Assembly: GCF_018977255.1 (NCBI RefSeq)
Contig: NW_024704742.1
Span: 50,966,001-51,030,000 of the forward strand
Source of the DNA: Callorhinchus milii
Taxonomy: Eukaryota
Length of the DNA: 64,000 nt
Direction: 5' to 3'
Shown: piece by piece, positions 1-12,340 of the stretch
Layout of the letters: every line of letters starts with the position of its first letter
Position numbering within the stretch: position 1 is the stretch's first letter
Translations under genes and position numbers: made by a program
Notes under the pieces: generated by a model
The model's database searches: none
The model's input: the letters and a program-made list of their open reading frames with translations, nothing else
Told to the model about the DNA's origin: nothing

Positions 1-374
1 CAGCACTGGTGAGTCCAAGTGGTTATTGTTTGGTGAACAAACCTAGATAAGTGAGCATCGATGAACTATTCAACTATAGTTGAACCATCATAGTCAAGTT
101 CAATCTTGTCCATATTTGCACAGTTCCATCAAGGATAACTGCAAAGAAACAAACACTGCAACCCTGGCCATTTTCTCCCTTTCTAGTCTGAAGGCACTGT
201 CGCCAATTCTAGGACCTCACCATCTCAGTAGAATTCAGCTAACTTAGTACACATTGAATTTGGGATCTTCCTGATCAGTGTGGATCATACAATATGCAGT
301 GTATTAACAGCTTGGTTCAAAAGTGATGACCATTGAATTTAATACCCAATAAATGTATACATACATATATATTA

Positions 375-688
375 TAATAATATAATAATCCTTGCATTTG
401 ATATAGCGCTTTTCACGTCTTCTAGACGTCTCAAAGCGCTTCACAGAATATACTGTAAAGTGAATTGACTGTATAATTGTGGGCGAAACGCGGCAGCCAA
501 TTGCGCACAGCAGTGTCCCACAAACAGTCGTGGATTGAAGTGACCAATTTATTATTTTTTTCTTGAGGGATTATTATCAGGCATGTGGAATAAGGAAATT
601 TGCCCAAGGTTTCGCCCTGTTGGGAATCAAATCCAGGTCTCTCGCTTTCGAGGCAAGTGCTCTAAACACTGAGCTACAGGACTCCACA
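375..688 (-). mobile_element. tRNA-derived SINE
   Basis: tRNA-like head TGTGGAGTCCTGTAGCTCAGTG..., conserved body, L2-like tail ending (TTA)n. Confidence 0.85.
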
Positions 689-807
689 AATATTCTAAGG
701 AATTCTAAAACAGGCACAAAAAAGAGATCTTTTCTCTATCCCAAAAGTCGATTCATGCACCTCTGATAATTCAGCACTCACTAGACATTTCAGTGGACTG
801 TCAGTCT

Positions 808-1552
808 ACAACAACAACAAGATTCCATTTATAGAGCGCCTTTCACGTCGGGAGGACATCCCAAGGCGCTGTACAGTTGGGTCAGGACCCGAGCAGGGGG
901 GAAATGGTCAGGGTGAGGGGAGGGAAGGGTGGGAGTGAGGAGGAGGTAGAGAGTCGAGAGGGGAGCTGAAGGCTCGGTCAAAGAGAAAGGTCTTGAGACC
1001 GGCCTTGAAGGAGGAGAGGGAGGAGGCGGCGAAGGCACTGGGGGATAGAGTTCCAGAGCCTCAAGGCTGAGAGGCTGAAGGCCCGACCACCGATGGTAGG
1101 GCGGTTGGGGCGGGGGATGTGGAGCGACCGGAGCCAGAGGAACGGAGGGTACGGGCAGGTAGGTAGGGGGATAGTAGGTCAGAGAGGTAGGAGGGAGCGA
1201 GGCCGTGAATGGCCTTGTAGGTGAGGATGAGGATCTTGAATTCGATCCTCTGGGGGATGGGGAGCCAGTGGAGGCGAGCGAGGGTGGGAGTGATGTGGTC
1301 GCGGTGTCTGGTGCGGGACAGTACACGAGCTGCAGAGTTCTGAATGACCTGCAGCTTGTGGAGGGAGGTGCCGGGAAGGCCGGCGAGGAGAGAGTTCCCA
1401 TAGTCCAGCCTTGAGGTGATAAAGGCGTGGACCAGTGTTTCAGCCGCGTGAGGGGTGAGGTAGTGCCGTAGTCTGGCGATATTCTGGAGGTGATGGAAGG
1501 CGGTGCCAGTTGTGGCGCGGATATGAGGGAGAAAGGACAGCTCAGGGTCTAG
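808..1552 (-). mobile_element. L2-clade LINE, 5'-truncated young copy
   Basis: ORF2 C-terminus HAFITSRLDYGNSLLAGLP...LQVIQNSAARVL...LHWLPIPQRIEFKIL, 3'UTR and (TTG)n tail. Confidence 0.92.
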
Positions 1553-2707
1553 ACTATTAATCTTAAAATCCAATATTGTATGTAATTATATAAATTTAAT
1601 GTAACATTAATTGGGAAAAAAAAGTAGATAACAAGTAACGTCTGACTTAAAATCCATTTAAAATTTAGGGGAAAATGTTTGTTACATAAAAACCTTGTTG
1701 CCCACAAAATATACAGTTAATTCACTTTACAGTATATTCTGTGAAGCGCTTTGAGAAGTCTCGAAGACGTGATAAGGCGCTATATCAAATCCAAAGATTA
1801 TTATTATTATAAACACTAACACAAAAAGTGTCATAGGAGTGGGTATGTCTCTTAATTGCTGAGAAGAGTTGATGAGTTCCCCTTTAAGACCGAGTACATT
1901 GGTCATGTAAAGAATTGGTTTGGGGTAATCACTGTAGCATTAATCATATTTACAGTTAACATCCTCCCAACCTTCTAAGTTATCAGCTGACAGTTTAAGT
2001 TTATACAATTAATAATTGAAAGGGCAAACTATAACTGCCTAGCACCTTGCAACGTCCTTCCGACATGAAAGGTGTTATATAAATGTAATTTGTTGTTGTT
2101 GTACATATTGTTAGCGTACAAACCATTTACCACAGACACAGGAAGCCCATCTTCTAAAAGCTCTCAATTATGCAAGTTGCAGGCACCCAACATTGTCCCC
2201 AACAAGGTTTGGGGGTTGAAAAATCATTGTAGTTTATTGAATATTGGCACAATTCTTAGTGAATATTGACACTAGTGAGTTACTCATTTATTCTTTGAAT
2301 ATAAAATGTGTGCCCCGTTGGCATATGAAGGGGTTCTGTTTTTAAGGTCTGGTCCTGTAAACAACGTCTTTTATGAAACCACACTGATCTTTGACCTCAA
2401 AGCCTACTTTACAAAATTAGACGGACATCACGGGAAATCAAAAATAAAATAAATATTTTTTGGCAGATGCTTTGAATATAATCTAGGCATACAGGTAGTT
2501 AAATCCTTAATTGCCAATTTTAGAAACGTTCATTAACATGCAACAATATTCACAAACACAGATTATATGGAACACAAATCACATCAAAACATATCAAACT
2601 AAGTCTATGAAGACTCTAAATGTGGTTTAAAAAAATCCTTAATTCATTCTAAATGAACCAAAGCAACTGTCAGAATTTACTTTTTCTCATCTGAGTCCTT
2701 CTGGTAG

Positions 2708-3510
2708 GAACAACAACAAATTGGATAGTGCCCTCCACGTAGGGTATCATCTCAGAGTACTTAACAGTGTGGGTGGGGGAGTGACCGTAAGCATTGTTGA
2801 AAAGGAAGGTTTTCAGGGGGACTTGAAACAGTGGAGAGAGGGGGCAAGACGGAGGGATTGAGGGAGGGTGTAGTGGCTGAATGCATGACCTTCAATGGTA
2901 GCGCGGAGGGCACGAGGGATAAGTAGGAAGTCGGTGCCAGTCGATCGAAGGCGCCACGTGGTTGATTGGGGAGTGAGGAGGTCAGAGAGGGAGGGAGGTG
3001 CCAGGGAGTGAAGTGATTTGAACACAAGAGTGAGGATCTTGAAGTCGATCTGTTCGGTGATGGGGAGCCAGTGGAGCCTGGCCAGAACTGGTGAGATGTG
3101 GGTACGGAGTTTGGTCCAGGTCAGTAATGCGGGCGGCAGAGTTCTGAATGAGCTGGATCTTTTGAATAGTGGAGCTGGGGAGACCGGCGAGGAGTGCGTT
3201 TGAATGATCCAGGCGGGAGGTGCCAAACGCATGCAATATGGTTTCGGCTGCATTTAGGGTAAGGTACAGTCGGAGGCAGGCAATGTGGCAGAGGCGAAGG
3301 AAGGTGGTCCTTGTCAGCGACCGGATGAGGAAGAGGAAGGACAGCTGTGGGTCGAACCGGACGCCAAGATTGCGTAATGGTTCAGTGAGTCTGAGGGAGA
3401 GTCTGGAGAGGTTTAGGAGGTTGGATCCACAGGAGTGAAGACGTTGACAGGAGCCAAGGAGTATGGCTTCCGTCTTCTCCACATTCAGCTGTAGAAAGTT
3501 TGCACTCATG
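2708..3510 (-). mobile_element. L2-clade LINE fragment
   Basis: MSANFLQLNVEKTEAILLG...LRNLGVRFDPQLSF...SRLDHSNALLAGLP, with frameshifts. Confidence 0.9.
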
Positions 3511-3724
3511 AAAGGTGTGACGTTAGCTCTATAATTTGATAATGGGAATAAACCATTGGAAGGTTAGGTGGAGAATGTGTCTGATTTGATATTTTACTTT
3601 ACAGTATCAGAACTTCAAAATAAAATAACTCAAGTCATTCGGCAAAAACGCTGAGTATGTGAGAAAGTCATTTCCTTTCAGTTGTTAATGAATAAATCAC
3701 ATAAGTCATGAATAATTTAATATT

Positions 3725-4075
3725 AATATATAATCCTTGCAATTGATATGGTGCCTTATCACGTCTTCAAGACATCTCAAAACGCTTCACAGAATATACT
3801 GCAAAGTCAATTGACCGTATATTTTGTGGGCGAAATGCAGCAGCCAATTGCACACAGCAATGTCCCACAAACAGTCATAGATTGAGTGACCAAATTTTTT
3901 AAAAAGGGATTATTATCCCCAGAAAAGTGATCCACCAATCGACTGACAACTGGTTTCCTAATTACTGCTGGGTAAACAGGGTGTGTGGAGTGAGGAAACC
4001 AGCCTAAGGTTTTGCCCTTCCCGGGAATCAAACGCGGGTCGCTTCCGGGGCTGGTGCTCTAACCACTACACGATG
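3725..4075 (-). mobile_element. tRNA-derived SINE, long/older subfamily
   Basis: Same head and tail as the young SINE plus an internal TGTTTACCCAGCAGTAA...GGAA...GTCGATTGG segment. Confidence 0.8.
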
Positions 4076-4089
4076 GGCTTCCAAGGTTG

Positions 4090-4550
4090 GCAACGAATGT
4101 TGAACTGAGTCAACTCTCAATAGTGGTCTCAGTCGTCTGGTTCCTCAACAGGTGGGTCTGAAGTACTCGAGGTGATGATGGACCAGCCAGCCTGGCTCAT
4201 CAGCAGGACTCAGGAGGCACAGACCAGTCACTGGCCACTGAGATTCTTCTCACTCAGCTCCTGTTAACTCTGCAAGCCAAAGCCCCAAAGCATAGGGTGG
4301 GCCTAGTTGGGCAAATAGTAGGAAATGTCCAAACAGTATTTTCAATTGCAAACTATGCAGTTTTAACTGGTTAAACTTCAGATGTACTCCAACTCTGCGG
4401 TTCTTAAGCCTTGATTCTTGCCAACCTAGAACTAATATTCTCTTGAATTCAATAATACAGGTAAACCTCTCCAAGGAGAAAGTGCACATTCCATCCCAGA
4501 CATCTTAAGCACGATGATGGGTTTCTAACTATATCAGACATCTGGCTAAC
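4090..4550 (+). repeat. Unclassified ~500-bp interspersed repeat, copy
   Basis: Aligns by eye with 29900-30376, 32770-33230 (reverse), 43900-44110 and 48720-49030. Strand is an arbitrary convention. Confidence 0.75.
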
Positions 4551-6430
4551 TAAATAAAAATTGCAACACGTTGATTGACAGCTCTCAGATGAACAGTTTC
4601 CTGTGGTTTGTTTGTACGTTGTATCTTGAACATTAACTAAGCAAATGATCAACCATAACTCTGTAGAAAATACCAGCAATCCTTGTTACACCAATTAGTT
4701 GTATGCTGATATTTTCAGCATACTACTTCAATCGGCTGATAGTGGCAAACACCAAATTTGCACTGAGGAACAGCCTAAGGGAAGAACAGGAAAAGCTTTG
4801 CACTTCACTTCCCCATAACTGATCATTATCAAATAAATATATAAGATTGCAGTATGTTGGAGTTTAAGCTTTCATTTTAGCAACTGGAAGCCTATAGTTG
4901 TTAATGTTTCTTTTCCTCTTATCAAAAATAGATTGTTTTAAAAAACTTATCATAATAAAGGTTTTTTTAAATAGTAAACTCTTAATTTCCCAGATTTTCA
5001 TTTCTCCTTTAACTTCCTGTGCTCCTTCATTGTCATTATTTATTCCATCACATATCAGAATGCTTCCAGGCATCGGATATATTTATTTATATGTTGATGG
5101 AGACGCTGGATCCATAGTCCAACACTAAGTCAAATGCTGACAAATAGTTTGCAGTAGAGTCCAGTAATAATAATAAATAATGATAATAATCCTTGCATTT
5201 GATATAGCACTTTCACGTCTTCTAGACGTCTCAAAGAGCTTCACAGAATATACTGTAAAGTGAATTGACTTTATTATTACAATAAATATTATAACAGCCT
5301 ATGGTTCACATATAATGCAAATGCCCATGGCTGGCTCTCTGCACGCCGCCTTGTTTCAAGTAATGGTCATTGACTCAACACCAATGTCATTTTCTGTATG
5401 CTGTACATGCACATCCACAGGAACCGCTGCATGCAGCAACCTGATGAAATCAGCAAAACAGTAAAACAGGATAATGTCAGCAGGCTGCACGCACACCCAG
5501 TGATGTTAGCATCACGTGCAGAACACTAACCAGTGATGATGCCCCATTATGAGGCCAGTTGGGATTTTATAGAGCCCCAACTACTGCATTATTACGCAGC
5601 TCTTCTGTATTAAACAAAAACTCTCACTTCACTGCAGGAACTATTTTTAGACTTGTGATCACATGCCCACTAGAATGGCAGCAGACAGATATTATTTTAT
5701 AGACAGACAACATTAGGCTCACTTTGAAGTTGTTGAACTTAGCATCCAGTACACTATGTCTTCATACATTGGTGAATGCTCTAAGCTGGATAGCAAATTT
5801 ATTCATTTTGGAAATGTGCAGTTTATAAAGGGAAATTGCATAGTTACAAGCACATGGCAAGATCAGGAAATGTACCAACAAGTGTAGAAATAATGAACCT
5901 TTGTATGCAGAGCACACACTGGAGGAACATAACAAAAATACAGTTTGTTGGAGTTTCATTTTTCATTTTACTATCTGGCAACACATAGAAGGTTATATTC
6001 TAAAAACTCTGAAATAAATTAATTAATTTATTAATTAATTAATACACAAATAAATAAATTCTCTCCTCATCCTCAGTAAGCATGATTTTTGCAAATCCAG
6101 AGAAAGACATCAATTTATAGTAAAGATAGCAGGGCAAGCAAAATCACAGCCAAGCTACATAATACATCAATTTTTCTAAATACTGTACACCAGTGTGGTC
6201 CAACTGATGCCCCCCACCCCATTTCATCTGGCCCACCCGCTCCCTGCATAACCTGTAAATGTTATGCTATGGTCCTGGAAGGGAAACACAAAAATATTTC
6301 TTATGTGGTCCATGGACTTTTCTCAAATAGGGCACCTGGCCCTCAGCAGCCCAAAGGTTGGACCATCCTGGTCTACACAATACACCCAGAGGGACAACCA
6401 GACACCAGTGAAGTTTTAAGTAACACTTAC

Positions 6431-6660
6431 CCATGTTTATCTTTTGCTTTCCACCAATTCACATCACATTTCTGTAGTAGGACATATTCTTCGCCCTTCA
6501 TTAGATTGAGATCATGATTCTCTAATGCTTCAAAGTCATACATTGCTGTAACTATCTCTTCATCTTCTTCATCCTCCTTTTCGTCATCGTCATCATCACC
6601 ATCTGGGGGTGGGGGTGGAGGGGCCCTATTGGCAGTCCATGATGAACAGTCCCTGTGTTG
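6431..6660 (-). CDS. TEC: TEC coding exon 6 (second proline-rich motif, acidic tract, SH3 N-part), 230 nt
   Basis: [79 protein letters not shown]3 AMYDF...WW signature; acceptor AG at 6661-6662, donor |gtaagt. The 5' boundary is less certain than the 3' boundary. Confidence 0.93.
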
Positions 6661-7237
6661 CTGTTAAATGGGATGAAAAAACAAGATATTTTTCCCCCTA
6701 AAAGTAAAATTCCAAATATTGCTTAAAAAAGAGAATCAAATCATATCCAGGAAATTGAGTAGCAAAGCTATTTTAGCCAAACATATCAAACATCACCGAT
6801 CAATTATGTCCCTGTACTATCGTGGTTATGGAGACAAACCATGTGAACAGTGAGCAAAATCACACCCATGCGATTGTCTACATTACTTTCTTTTGATGTT
6901 TATGTTAATTTGGTTGGATTGCAGTTAACAATTTATTTTATTCATTTTGTTTAAAAGTCTGAACCATTGAATCATTGGGCTATAATAATTAAATGGTAGA
7001 ATTAAGTTCTTTCTGCATTAAGTACATACGGTGGGAAAGCACTCCAGGATGTGCCTGTGCATTATTAGAAAAAGTTCAAAAAATTGTTGATCGGGTTCAA
7101 CAATTTTAGATTACTCTTCTCCACCACAAATACATAAGGAAAGGTTTGTTCTAAATAACTGCAATAGTTGCGAATAGAATGGATTATTTGAAGAATGTAC
7201 CACTTTTTCCTGTTACCAGGGGCACTTGTAAGAGCGC

Positions 7238-7566
7238 AATAATAATAATAATAATAATAATCCTTGCATTTGATATAGCGCTTTTCACGTCGGGAGGACG
7301 TCCCAAAGCGCTTCACAGAATATACTGTAAAGTGAATTGACTGTATATTTGTGGGCGAACGCGGCAGCCAATTGCGCACAGCAATGTCCCACAAACAGTC
7401 GTAAATTGAAAATGACCAATTTATTATTGTTTTTGTTTTTTGGAGGGATTATTATTAGGCGTGTGGAGTAAGGAAACTTGCCCAAGGTTTCGCCCTGCCT
7501 GGAATTGAACTCAGGTCTCTCGCTTGCAAAGCGAGTGCTCTAACCACTGAGCTACAGGACTCCACA
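7238..7566 (-). mobile_element. tRNA-Ala-derived SINE, full-length young copy
   Basis: Head with A box (TAGCTCAGTGG), TGC anticodon loop and B box (GAGTTCAATTCC); near-identical to copies at 23337, 37130, 44125 and 58821. Confidence 0.92.
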
Positions 7567-7868
7567 ATCCCACAATATTCCTTCATTACTTTGATGCAGA
7601 GCTTGCTCTGTGCACTTAATTAACTGAGGTATATCAGTATGAAATAGAAATGAACCGAATTCCAAGATCATCCTGTGAGCACAGGATGAGAAGTCATTAA
7701 CAGAAATATAGTGAAAGCTTTGGGAAATGTGTAAGTGGAATCATGAAAGCATAACACTACAAAAGATGGACCAAAAGGAAACACTGAACAGTAGCCCATG
7801 ATCCATACAACAGTGAATTAACTAATTGCTATTTTTAAAAAAAACTTTGAATTGTTGTTGCTTCTTAC

Positions 7869-7906
7869 CATTTCATCGGGTGTTGGTGGAAGTGGCTTTC
7901 GAGTAA
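7869..7906 (-). CDS. TEC: TEC coding exon 5 (first proline-rich motif), 38 nt
   Basis: (V)TRKPLPPTPDEM; long polypyrimidine tract plus AG, donor |gtaaga; phase 1/0 fits both neighbours. Confidence 0.92.
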
Positions 7907-8143
7907 CTAAAAAAAAGAAACAAAAAGCATTTTACCTGTATGTACTATCAATTGGATGCATGTGTTATTTTTTTGTGTGACCTGAAAATCCTGCAGTAGT
8001 GCAGGTGATACTATGTCATTTGACCACTTGGATTAAATGTCAAGAGGTAGAGGTAGTGTGAAACTAGGCATGAATAGTACAGTATATCAGGAATGAACAG
8101 TTTTTTTTAAGAATACCATGAAGTGAAACTTGCATTTATTCTG

Positions 8144-8430
8144 TCAGCCTGGTTCAGTTGGGGGCACTTGTACCTCTGAGTCAAAAGGTGGTGTGTTCAA
8201 GCCCCACGTCGAGACTTTGAGCTCACACAGACTAGATTGACACTCCAATGCATAGATAAACTAAGTTAAACTAAGGTCATGTCTGCCTGTTCAGGTGGAC
8301 ATTAAAAGTATTTTATTCAATTATTCATTCTCCCAGTGCCCTGGTCAACTATCCCCGGAGATAATAAATCCCATTAAGTGCTTTGAGATCCTTTGATCTT
8401 ATAAGGCACTACACTAAAATGCAACATTAT
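8144..8430 (+). mobile_element. Old tRNA-headed Deu-domain-like SINE, degenerate
   Basis: CAGCCTGGTTCAGTTGG..CACT..CCTCTGAGTCA.AAGGT..GTTCAAGCCCCAC head; related copies at 32314, 44690, 47180 and 52238. Confidence 0.65.
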
Positions 8431-8761
8431 GACTTACGTACTGTGAAATTAAAATAGTTTATTCAATTAAATAGTACCAGTAAAGTTTGCCCAAAGTCAA
8501 ATCAGAGATTATATAATATAATAATCCTTGCATTTGATATAGCGCCTCATCACGTCTTTGAGATGTCTCAAAGTGTTTCACAGAATATACTGTAAAGTGA
8601 ATCGATTGTGGGGGAAATGCAAGTTCATTGGAACATACAAATTACATTATAAAATAATCAATCTCAAGGAATATAATGTATGTTAATGTATAAATATACT
8701 AGTTTTGAAGTTAATGATTACATTTAGAAATGGTTCTTAGACTTTAACAATGGATACTTAC

Positions 8762-8890
8762 CATCAGCAAAGAGTTTATATACCTGACAGCCAGGGGCAA
8801 GTTTATCTGCTTGTCTACAGCATTGCCATGCCCCTTCAGCCCAGAATCGTGGGTGATATTTTGGCAATATGAGTTCATTATTCTTTATTT
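8762..8890 (-). CDS. TEC: TEC coding exon 4 (Btk zinc-binding motif), 129 nt
   Basis: [43 protein letters not shown] with the H/C/C/C zinc ligands; |gtaagt donor; phase 1/1. Confidence 0.97.
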
Positions 8891-9588
8891 CTGATTGGAA
8901 AAAGAAAATTGTACAAATCAAATCCATCACTGCCAATCATAGACTTAATTACAATCCTATTTAATAGAATGATTTGTTCAATTCATAATTTGAGTTAACC
9001 CTCTTGGTAATCCTAGAAACTATATAACTTTCTAACAAGCATGATAGAATATACATCTGGAGTTGGTGGAAGCACATTTCAAGAAACCACAACACTTTTT
9101 AGCAAACCACTGTTAAGACACATGTGGAAAAAAAATACTTTAGGGAGAAATATATACATATCTTGCATGAGTCACAATGTTTTATGGCCTAAAAACCTGG
9201 GGTGCAAACCATGCAGTAGTTGGATCTTAAAAAAAGTTTATAAATGTAATAATAAGATCCTTAATGAAACCATCCTGCAAATCTAAAGAATGAATCTCAC
9301 TACTAACACCCATTAGATTAATGTAAGAATTATGATTACCTTTAATATTAGGATTAATATTACCTTGTTTATTTCAGTACTCATCATTTATTTTGAAATA
9401 TACCGCATATTGTTATTGAACCAATGATTTAAAAATGCACATCTTTATTTAAATAGAGATTGCTGATGAGACTGGGAACTATTTTGTACGAATTACTGCA
9501 CTGGACAAAGCAATACCTATAGGTACCCACCCTCTGAGCAAGCAGATACATAAAGTTATGAAACTGATTATTTCTCATAGTTATTTAC

Positions 9589-9670
9589 CTTCTTTTAACT
9601 TTTGCACCCATGTACTTCTGCTACTGGGATTTGGTGCAAATATATACAGGGTATTAGCATCATATATAAC
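9589..9670 (-). CDS. TEC: TEC coding exon 3 (PH domain C-terminus), 82 nt
   Basis: [27 protein letters not shown]; ctacag| acceptor, |gtaaat donor; phase 0/1. Confidence 0.96.
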
Positions 9671-10147
9671 CTGTAGAAAGAAAAATAAACGTTATAAAAG
9701 AAATAGCAGAGGGGAATTTAAATCCTCTGGAAGGAAAGGAGAGGCCAAATGGATTACCTAATATTTTGGTAAAATAAAAAAGGATAATTAACTCTTTTGA
9801 TTATTATCACCATTAGCATTAAACAGACTGATGCAATTTGTCAGAGTATGCAATCCATTTTCTGTTGCAATACTGATAGAGTAACACTTTTAATTTGAGA
9901 GTCATTTGGCGACAACTGGTCAAGTTTACTCGAGAAATTAGACCTGCTTATTTAAAGACAAAAAAAAATTACACTACCAGCACTTGGACCAAACCATTAA
10001 TTGGACCTGATCAGTTGTACTTATTGAACCAAGAGTGTCAGGATTCCTCTGTTTCTCATGCATGTACTCAATGATTATTTATGGCAGACTGAGTTGGTAT
10101 TCATTTATTGTATATTGGCCAGAATACAATGAGATGCACTGCGAAAT

Positions 10148-10840
10148 CAACAACAACAACAACAAATTACATTTGTATAGCGCCTTTCACGTCAGGAGGA
10201 TGTCCCAAGGTGCTGGACAGTCAGAGTTTTGGACCCGAGCTGGGGTTTGGGATTGGGGATGGTGGAGAGCAGTGGGGTGAAGCAGGATGATCGAAAGCAC
10301 GCTCAAAGAGGAGGGTCTTGAGATGGGTCTTGAATGAGGCAAGGGAGGGGGCGAGGTGGAGGGATTGCGGGATGGAGTTCCAGAGGGTGGGGGCAGAATG
10401 GCAGAAGGCCCATGAGGTGGGGCGCGTGAAGCAGGCCGGAGCCCGCTGAGAGAAGGGAGCGGGCAGGATGGTAGGGGGTTAGGAGGTTGCAGAGGTAAGG
10501 GGGAGCAAGACTGTGGAGGGCTTTGAAGGTGAGGACCAGGATCTTGAACTGTATCCTCTGTGTGATGAGAAGCCAGTGGAGTCGGGCAAGGATGGGGCTG
10601 GTGGGGTCATGGAGTCTGGTGGGGGAGAGGACACGGGCTGCAGAGTTCTGGATGATCTGAAGCCTATGGAGGGAGGAGTTGGAGAGGCCGACAAGCAAAG
10701 GGTTTGCATAGTCAAGCCTCGATGTAATGAATGTGTGTATGAGGGTTTCGGCGGCCTGCGGTGTGAGACAGTGGTGGATCCGGGCGATGTTGCGGAGGTG
10801 GGGGAAGGCAGACCGTGTTATGGCACGGATGTGGGATAGG
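10148..10840 (-). mobile_element. L2-clade LINE fragment
   Basis: LHRLQIIQNSAARVL...LHWLLITQRIQFKILVLTFKALHSLAPPYL plus 3' tail. Confidence 0.9.
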
Positions 10841-11004
10841 AAGGATGAATGAAGTATGCTGTGAACAGAATATGGCTGTTCTCTGGCAACCAGCTAAAAA
10901 AAAACTAAACAAATATAGTCTCCAAGGTTCAGCAACTAAAATTTCAGTAGGCTTGTGCGACATCCTAAAACGGCACTGCCATCAAGATAAATGGTTCAAT
11001 TGAT

Positions 11005-11185
11005 ATCCTCAACCTCCCTGAACTCTCCCTCAGACTCACCTCCTGCCCTCCACCTCTCAGACTCACCGAACCAATCTAGGTGTCTGGTTCGATCCCCAAC
11101 TGTCCTTCTTCCCCCACATGCGGTCCTTGACCAGGACCACCTTCCTCCACCTCAGCTACACTGTCCACCTCCGACTGTCCTTACC
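11005..11185 (+). mobile_element. L2-clade LINE internal fragment
   Basis: Matches the NLG.FDPQLSFLPH..SLTRTTF region of the copy at 42.7 kb. Confidence 0.7.
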
Positions 11186-11264
11186 CCAAATGGACGCCGC
11201 CCTAACCCCAAGCTCCCTGGCCCCTAACCCACCCCTGGCCCCCAATCCTGCCCCGGAGCCCCAC

Positions 11265-12025
11265 AACAACAACATTACATTCATAGAGCGCCTTTCACAT
11301 TGGGAGGACATCCCAAAGCGCTGAACAGTCAGGTGTCGGGGCCCGAGCATAGGGGAGGGGTGGTGTAGGGGTGAGGGAAGGCAGAGAGGTGGGAGGGCAA
11401 CTGAAGGCACAATCGAAGAGAAGGGTCTTGAGAAAGGCCTTGAAGGAGGCAATGGAGGAAGTGAGGCAAAGGGACTGTGGGATGGAGTTCCAGCTTGTGG
11501 GAGCAGAGAGGCTGAAAGCCCAGCCACCGATGGTAGGGTGGGTTGGGCGAGAGACATGGAGCAGATCGGAGCCCGCTGAATGGAGGGAGCGGGCAGGTTG
11601 GTAGGGAGTCAGCAGGTCAGAGAGGTAGGAGCGGGCAAGGCCATGGATGGACGAGGATCTTGAATTCAATCCTCTGGGGGATGGGGAGCCACTGGAGTCG
11701 GGCGAGGGTGGGAGTGATGGGGTCACGGAGCCTGGTGGGTGAGAGTACACGAGCTGCAGAGCTTTGGATGATCTGCAGCTTGTGAAGGGAAGAGTTGGGA
11801 AGGCCTATGAGGAAGGAGTTTGCATAATTGAGCCTTGATGTGATGAATGCGTGGGTGAGGGTTTCGGCAGCCTGAGGGGTGAGGCAGTGGCGGAGTCTGG
11901 CAATGTTGCGGAGGTGGTGGTAGGCAGTGCCGGTCATGGCGCAGATGTGGGGGAGAAAGGGCAGTTCGGGGTCAAACAAGAGACCCAGGTTCCTGTCTGG
12001 CTTAGTGAGGTTGATTGTGCAGCCC
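11265..12025 (-). mobile_element. L2-clade LINE fragment
   Basis: RNLGLLFDPELPFLPHI...HAFITSRLNYANSFLIGLP...LQWLPIPQRIEFKIL plus tail. Confidence 0.9.
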
Positions 12026-12197
12026 TTAAACCAGGCCTCCAGACTCCACCCCCTAACCCCACGGACCCCAGCCACTAACCTCTCAAACGCCCCCAAGGGC
12101 CTAACACCACCCTCTACCCACCGGGCTCCCAACCTTGCACTAACCCCTAACCTTAAACCCCCCAAACCCCACCCTCTACCCCCACCCCCTGCCCCTG

Positions 12198-12340
12198 TTT
12201 GGTCTGCCGGGTGTCTTACACATGCAGAACCTTATCACCATGTCTCCAAACCAAGCTGCGATTTCCATGTATCCCGCTTCCACATGGAAATCACAGAGAC
12301 AGATTTTGGGGTGAGGGAGTGGCGCATGCACATGTAAGGA
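12198..12340 (-). repeat. Unclassified repeat family, terminal fragment
   Basis: TTTGGTCTGCCGGGTGTCTTACACATGCAGAACC...CATGGAAAT matches 14425, 40428 and the reverse complement of 48930-49030. Confidence 0.75.

Noticed and set aside
829..1573. Long Pro/Ser-rich ORFs here and in other L2 copies
   Set aside because: Alternative frames or fragments of truncated L2 ORF2; no intact autonomous element is present.
1..6430. Next TEC exon (GYIPSNYV, SH3 C-terminus)
   Set aside because: Searched by eye and not found; it probably lies beyond the left edge of the window.
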